From contig JAWCQY010000002.1 of the NCBI GenBank assembly GCA_038869535.1, positions 1 through 48,462 of the forward strand: DNA of 48,462 nt, written 5' to 3'. Origin of the DNA: Candidatus Pacearchaeota archaeon (GTDB lineage: Archaea; Nanobdellota; Nanobdellia; Pacearchaeales; GW2011-AR1). Position numbers and translations under genes: made by a program. The notes beneath the pieces were generated by a model. It was not told the DNA's origin. It did no database searches and saw only the letters and a program-made list of their open reading frames with translations. The stretch's first letter is position 1, and the number at the start of each line of letters is the position of its first letter. This document shows positions 44,429-48,462 of the stretch, one piece after another.

Positions 44429-46069
44429 TCATTCAAAGCTTTCTAGAATATCATCAATTTCAATTTCAAGCAATGAAATAGGCATTTTTATTTTCCAATT
44501 TTGGAGAATTTTCGGGTGTGTTTCCCCCATAACCCCAATTTTTTTATTTTTAAATATGATATCAACAGTTCTTCCATCGATTAGATAAGGTGGTGTTTTT
44601 TCTGATTCTTTTATGTTTATGTTTCTATCAATCATCTTAAAAAGATATTCAAGTATCTGTTTTATTCTAGTAAAGTTTCCTGGGGCTATTCCTATGGCAA
44701 GAGATTCTTTTTCCTTTATTTTATCTCCATCTTGAAAAAATATTTTTCCCAATTCAAAAATTTCTTGGGGGTATTCTGAATCAACATTCTCGGAAAAGTT
44801 TTTTAAGAGTAAATGACTCAAGTTTTCTCTTAAAACATTATATTCACTCTTTGAAGCTTCTACTTCAATTAACGGTTCTTTTTCTGAAAGATTCATTTTT
44901 TCTCTTTGATTCCTTCTATTTGTAAGGTGGTAGTTTAAAACTTCAATAAATCCAAGCCCAATCAAAATTTCGGCAATTTTCCTTTTTATGACTTCTTTTT
45001 TATTTTCTTCTCCAGTTGTTGGTATTGATGGCAATTGCGGGATAAACTTATCATATCCATAAGCAATCGCAATATCTTCAATTATGTCTACTTCATGGAG
45101 GATATCCACTCTCCATGCCGGAATAGAAACAACACCATCACAGTAACTAAAACCCATTTTTTCAATTAGATTTTTAAGATCTTTTTCTTTCAGCTCTAAA
45201 CCAAGGAGTTTATTTGTGTTTTCAAGAGATATTTTCATTTTTTCAGGGGTTAAATCCGGGGTTAATTCTTTTCTTTTATATTTTAGGTTCATCTGATATA
45301 TCTTACCCCCCATATCAGCTAAAGAGGTTACTATTATGTTTAAACACTTTTTTAAAATTTCAAAATCAAAACCAGAACACTCAATAAAAACATCTTTCGT
45401 TTTTGTAGTTATTTTTCCTGTTGTTTGAGAATTTATTATGGGGGGCATACTCAAAATTTGGTTTGTAGAATCTACAAAAATAGGAAACTTTGCTTTTCCC
45501 GCGAGTAGGTGAGAATATTCTTTTCCAGCAGGATGTTTTTGTAAAATTTCAAGTCCAGAAAGTTCTTTATCCATTTCCAGAGGTATGAATTTTATTTTAT
45601 CCGGTTCAATAGCTAAAAAAGTTATTGGAAGTTTTATTTTTTCTAGGGGATAAATGCCGATTGCCAATTTTTTTCTTTTTCTTCCAATTGTTAAATGCAA
45701 TTTTTCCTGCATTTCAATAATCTCTCTTATTCTTTCGTTATTCAAATCAAGGTCCTTTATTATTGAGCATGCTGTAAATGGTCTTATATCTTTAACAGAA
45801 GAGTCAATTATCACTTCATAATCCTTTTCAGGTTTATTAACCTTATAATCCCTAAACCCAGTTTTTTTGCCTAAAAAAGAAAGAAATGCTCTTTTAAATC
45901 CTTGATAGGATAAAAGATCCGGCCTATTTGGGAAAATTTCTAGTTGAATTTCATTTTCTGTTATGCTTTCGATAGGAGTTCCAAACATTGAGATTTTTGA
46001 TTGAATATCCTCATTTAAGGTTCCTATATCTTCCTCAAATTGTTTTTTGTTAAAACTAATTACCGCCAT
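44429..46069 (-). CDS. pheT: Phenylalanyl-tRNA synthetase beta subunit (archaeal type)
   Basis: EIFPNRPDLLSYQG, a B3/B4 and B5 layout, and a catalytic-like C-terminal domain. It starts 3 nt after pheS. Confidence 0.9.
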   Translation of the reverse strand: MAVISFNKKQFEEDIGTLNEDIQSKISMFGTPIESITENEIQLEIFPNRPDLLSYQGFKRAFLSFLGKKTGFRDYKVNKPEKDYEVIIDSSVKDIRPFTACSIIKDLDLNNERIREIIEMQEKLHLTIGRKRKKLAIGIYPLEKIKLPITFLAIEPDKIKFIPLEMDKELSGLEILQKHPAGKEYSHLLAGKAKFPIFVDSTNQILSMPPIINSQTTGKITTKTKDVFIECSGFDFEILKKCLNIIVTSLADMGGKIYQMNLKYKRKELTPDLTPEKMKISLENTNKLLGLELKEKDLKNLIEKMGFSYCDGVVSIPAWRVDILHEVDIIEDIAIAYGYDKFIPQLPSIPTTGEENKKEVIKRKIAEILIGLGFIEVLNYHLTNRRNQREKMNLSEKEPLIEVEASKSEYNVLRENLSHLLLKNFSENVDSEYPQEIFELGKIFFQDGDKIKEKESLAIGIAPGNFTRIKQILEYLFKMIDRNINIKESEKTPPYLIDGRTVDIIFKNKKIGVMGETHPKILQNWKIKMPISLLEIEIDDILESFE

Positions 46070-46072
46070 CTT

Positions 46073-47614
46073 TTATTTAATCCAAAATTTCATCTTTCTT
46101 ATTTGATTTAGATTATTTTTATACAAATCTCTTAAATCTTTTATTCCATAATAATTCATTATCATTCTGTCAAATCCCGGGCCCCAAGCAAGTACCGGGA
46201 TATTCTTTCCTAATAACGGGACAACAACTTCTGGCCTAAAAATTCCTGCACCCCCAAGTTCTAACCAAATTTTTTTTTCTGGATTAAAAACATCTATCTC
46301 GACACTAGGTTCGGTATAAGGAAAATAACTAGGACGAAATCTTATTTTTTCGAAACCCATCTTTGAAAAAAATACTTTTAAGTAACCCAAAAGATGTCTA
46401 AAGTTGGCGTTTAGGTCTATTACAATTCCTTCTGTTTGATTAAATTCGAAGCCATGACTCCAATCAATAGTTTCATTTCTAAAACAACGGCCTAAAGCAA
46501 AAAATTTCTTTGGGATCTGATTAAAGTCTAAATTAGCAAGTGTTTTTGCAGAGAGACATGTAGTATGTGTTCTTAATACAAGACGTTTTGATTCTTCTTC
46601 ATTCCACTTATACCCCCAACCTTTGCTACCAGAAACACCCTTTTCATGACTCTCTTTTACCAACTTTACAATTTTTTTATTTGGAAGTTCTGCTGTTTTT
46701 CTAAAAAAGAAAGTATCTTGCATATCTCTAACAGGGTGATCTTGTGCAGTAAACAAAGAATCAAAATTCCAGAATGAAGTCTGAATCATATCTCCGTTCA
46801 TTTCTTGAAACCCCATTTCTATCCATATTTTTCTCGCATAATCAGCAGCTTGAGAGATAATATGTCTTTTACCCCCGTAAATTGAAGGAACTGGTAATGA
46901 GACGTCATATCTCCTAAATTTTTTTCCTTTCCATAAAGAATCCTTTATTAAAATTTGGGGGGTTATTTGTTCTATTAAGTTTCCATTTAATTTTTCTAGA
47001 GACTCTATTATTTTTTTACCAAATTCTGTAACATTTATATTTACAATCTTTTTTTCTTCAACTTTAATAATTTCTTTCCTTTTTTTTAGAGAATCAAAAA
47101 TATCTTTTTGTTCTTTATTCATTGATTCATAATCAAGCGGTAATGATTCTAAAAAAATCTCTGCCGGAAGTTTTCTGGCTATTTCTACTTTGTCTGCACT
47201 AAAAATTACTTTACCATTTTTTAATTCTATGAGATTGTTTTTCTTTAAGATTCCCAAAGAAGCTTTAAATTCGTCTTCAGATAGATTAGATTGTTTCTTT
47301 GCATCATTTAATTCGATGATTCTTTTTTCGTTTAATATGTTGAGAAGCCTTCTTTCTGGGAGACCCTTTTTTTTATATAGGATCCCATTAATTCCCATAT
47401 CCACAATTTTCTCTTGTGAAATTGAAACTTGAACAACCCCTTTATTCTTTAAATACTCAAGAGACCTTATCACGGAAACGCTATCTAAGTTAGATTTCTT
47501 ACAAATTTCAGTTATGCTTTTTTCTTCTAAATAAGGTAAAATTTTTCTTTCATTTGGACTCAGGGAATCAAGCGTTTTGTTTATATCCTTAAACATTTTA
47601 TAATTATTCCTCAC
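46073..47614 (-). CDS. pheS: Phenylalanyl-tRNA synthetase alpha subunit
   Basis: N-terminal winged-helix repeats. Class II motif 2 is LRTHTT..GRCFRNE and motif 3 is GAGIFRPEV..WGPGFDRM. Confidence 0.9.
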   Translation of the reverse strand: MRNNYKMFKDINKTLDSLSPNERKILPYLEEKSITEICKKSNLDSVSVIRSLEYLKNKGVVQVSISQEKIVDMGINGILYKKKGLPERRLLNILNEKRIIELNDAKKQSNLSEDEFKASLGILKKNNLIELKNGKVIFSADKVEIARKLPAEIFLESLPLDYESMNKEQKDIFDSLKKRKEIIKVEEKKIVNINVTEFGKKIIESLEKLNGNLIEQITPQILIKDSLWKGKKFRRYDVSLPVPSIYGGKRHIISQAADYARKIWIEMGFQEMNGDMIQTSFWNFDSLFTAQDHPVRDMQDTFFFRKTAELPNKKIVKLVKESHEKGVSGSKGWGYKWNEEESKRLVLRTHTTCLSAKTLANLDFNQIPKKFFALGRCFRNETIDWSHGFEFNQTEGIVIDLNANFRHLLGYLKVFFSKMGFEKIRFRPSYFPYTEPSVEIDVFNPEKKIWLELGGAGIFRPEVVVPLLGKNIPVLAWGPGFDRMIMNYYGIKDLRDLYKNNLNQIRKMKFWIK

Positions 47615-47618
47615 TATG

Positions 47619-48137
47619 TTAAAAAAATTTGATAGTTAAAAGGATTTCTAAATCTCTATCTTTGGACTGTTCTTCATTTTTTAATATCAAATTTTTTGTC
47701 ATCCATGTAGGCATCCCTAGAACTAAACCAAGAGATTTTAAATTATATTCATTTTGATATTTTTCGGAAAAAAAGATCATTCTTATCTTGTTTTTTTTAC
47801 AGATTTTTATATTTTGTCTTATTCTAGCCAAAATTTCTATCTTTTCTTTTTTTTCTGCTTTGATTATTTCATCTATATCTATTCCTATTATAATCTTTTT
47901 CTTTTGGGCAAGTTTTGCCATAACTTGATTAAATCCAGAGTTTCTTTGTTTTTGGAAATCTTTTCTTTTAGAAAGAGAGAGTAAAAGAACATCGATTCTT
48001 TCTTTCTCTAGAACTTTTCTATTTAGTTCGTCGTCCCGACTTGAAAATATAATAAATTTCCCCTCTTTTTGAGCTTTTTTAATCTTGTCCCTTGCTTTTA
48101 AAAATTCTGTTTCATTTATTATGGTATATTTATTCAT
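47619..48137 (-). CDS. rnp3: RNase P protein component 3 (Rpp30-like)
   Basis: GFNQVMAKLAQKKKIIIGIDIDEII..ILARIRQNIKICKKNKIRMIFFSEK..LKSLGLVLGM parallels my recollection of Pyrococcus Rpp30 ([56 protein letters not shown]). Confidence 0.6.
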   Translation of the reverse strand: MNKYTIINETEFLKARDKIKKAQKEGKFIIFSSRDDELNRKVLEKERIDVLLLSLSKRKDFQKQRNSGFNQVMAKLAQKKKIIIGIDIDEIIKAEKKEKIEILARIRQNIKICKKNKIRMIFFSEKYQNEYNLKSLGLVLGMPTWMTKNLILKNEEQSKDRDLEILLTIKFF

Positions 48138-48211
48138 CTTATTACTTATATATTATGGGATTATTATATTTCATTTATAAATTATTTATATATTTATAAT
48201 CTGGCTTAAAA

Positions 48212-48462
48212 TCATCCAGAAATTATTGTCCCCTTAAAAGATTTGTTATAGAGTATTCTTTGGAGTTGTTTTAAATCTTTACCAATGATGTATGTTTTGA
48301 TTTTATATTTTTTTATTACATTAGAAGCCATTTGGTCTAGAATAAAGTGTTGTCCAGGTTTAAATTTTATAGAGTGGGCCATTTTAGAAAATTTTTCCCA
48401 AGAAATTTTCTTAATAAGCTTTGCATCTTTGTATTTTATTGGATTTTTATCATGAAGTCCGG
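48212..48462 (-). CDS. pyrH: UMP kinase, C-terminal part (gene runs off the window)
   Basis: An open frame from the window edge to the TGA at 48212-48214: GLHDKNPIKYKDAKLIKKISWEKFSKMAHSIKFKPGQHFILDQMASNVIKKYKIKTYIIGKDLKQLQRILYNKSFKGTIISG. It fits the archaeal UMP kinase C-terminus (GVY..DP...A......e......g..v.D..A......i...v..g......l.G...GT.I). It is absent from the ORF track because no start codon lies in the window. Confidence 0.6.
   Translation of the reverse strand, partial: GLHDKNPIKYKDAKLIKKISWEKFSKMAHSIKFKPGQHFILDQMASNVIKKYKIKTYIIGKDLKQLQRILYNKSFKGTIISG

Noticed and set aside
92-47984. Many track ORFs of 61-98 aa lie antisense to, or out of frame within, well-supported genes. They are 92..337, 1848..2084, 2596..2844, 2807..2998, 10140..10376, 11521..11730, 11714..11956, 15521..15724, 18089..18274, 24196..24492, 24620..24811, 25066..25263, 26937..27146, 27650..27841, 30352..30543, 30800..30994, 32805..33023, 34969..35157, 37082..37345, 38253..38492, 47190..47432 and 47754..47984.
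   Set aside because: Each overlaps a gene with clear family motifs. Their translations are low-complexity (Phe/Ser/Ile/Leu-rich), as expected from reading Lys/Glu/Asn-rich AT-biased genes on the opposite strand. None shows a recognisable motif.
1-48462. CRISPR arrays, insertion sequences, integrases, prophage genes, toxin-antitoxin pairs and restriction-modification genes.
   Set aside because: I scanned intergenic regions and all ORF translations by eye. I found no regularly spaced direct repeats, no transposase, integrase or capsid-like motifs, and no recognisable defence genes. The only notable nucleotide repeat I found is the internal cdc48 duplication.
1-48462. Stop-codon reassignment or an alternative genetic code, which is sometimes seen in reduced genomes.
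   Set aside because: All housekeeping genes are uninterrupted under the standard code. TAA, TAG (for example L41e at 4066-4068) and TGA (for example metG at 39074-39076) all appear as terminators. aRF1 retains the NIKS motif.

Overview
This is a very AT-rich, extremely gene-dense archaeal chromosomal segment. I read about 52 protein-coding genes and 6 intron-less tRNA genes. Four of the genes are missing from or mis-delimited in the supplied ORF track: L41e, Sec61beta, a 53-aa zinc-finger ORF and a partial UMP kinase at the 3' edge. I recognised no rRNA, CRISPR array, transposase, integrase or viral gene.

The content is overwhelmingly housekeeping.
- Replication and repair: clamp loader RFC-S/RFC-L, FEN1, family-B DNA polymerase, type IA topoisomerase, RadB, NreA-like protein, ScpB and a HerA-like ATPase.
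- Translation: aRF1, ValRS, MetRS plus a separate Trbp111-like domain, PheRS alpha/beta, MetAP2, L41e, Trm5, an NSUN m5C methyltransferase plus a Nip7-like protein, and RNase P Rpp30.
- Transcription: TFS, RpoL, MBF1-like.
- Proteostasis and secretion: Cdc48, NAC, Sec61beta, signal peptidase.

The archaeal/eukaryote-like machinery, near-zero intergenic spacers, shortened proteins and many small orphan membrane or secreted proteins suggest a reduced, DPANN-like genome. This is inference and no phylogeny was run.

I do not see a clear-cut novel multi-gene system. The observations most worth a second look are:
1. An exported (Tat-like signal) lytic-transglycosylase-like protein between the clamp-loader genes and a HerA/FtsK-superfamily ATPase.
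2. A large secreted DUF5667-like plus glycoside-hydrolase-like protein.
3. A processive GT2 polysaccharide-synthase cluster.
4. A SET-domain methyltransferase.
5. A split MetRS/tRNA-binding-domain pair abutting stop-to-stop.
6. Two pairs of tandem orphan paralogs.
7. C-terminal PIP boxes on FEN1, NreA and PolB.

All family assignments rest on motifs read by eye and recalled family signatures. No database search was possible.
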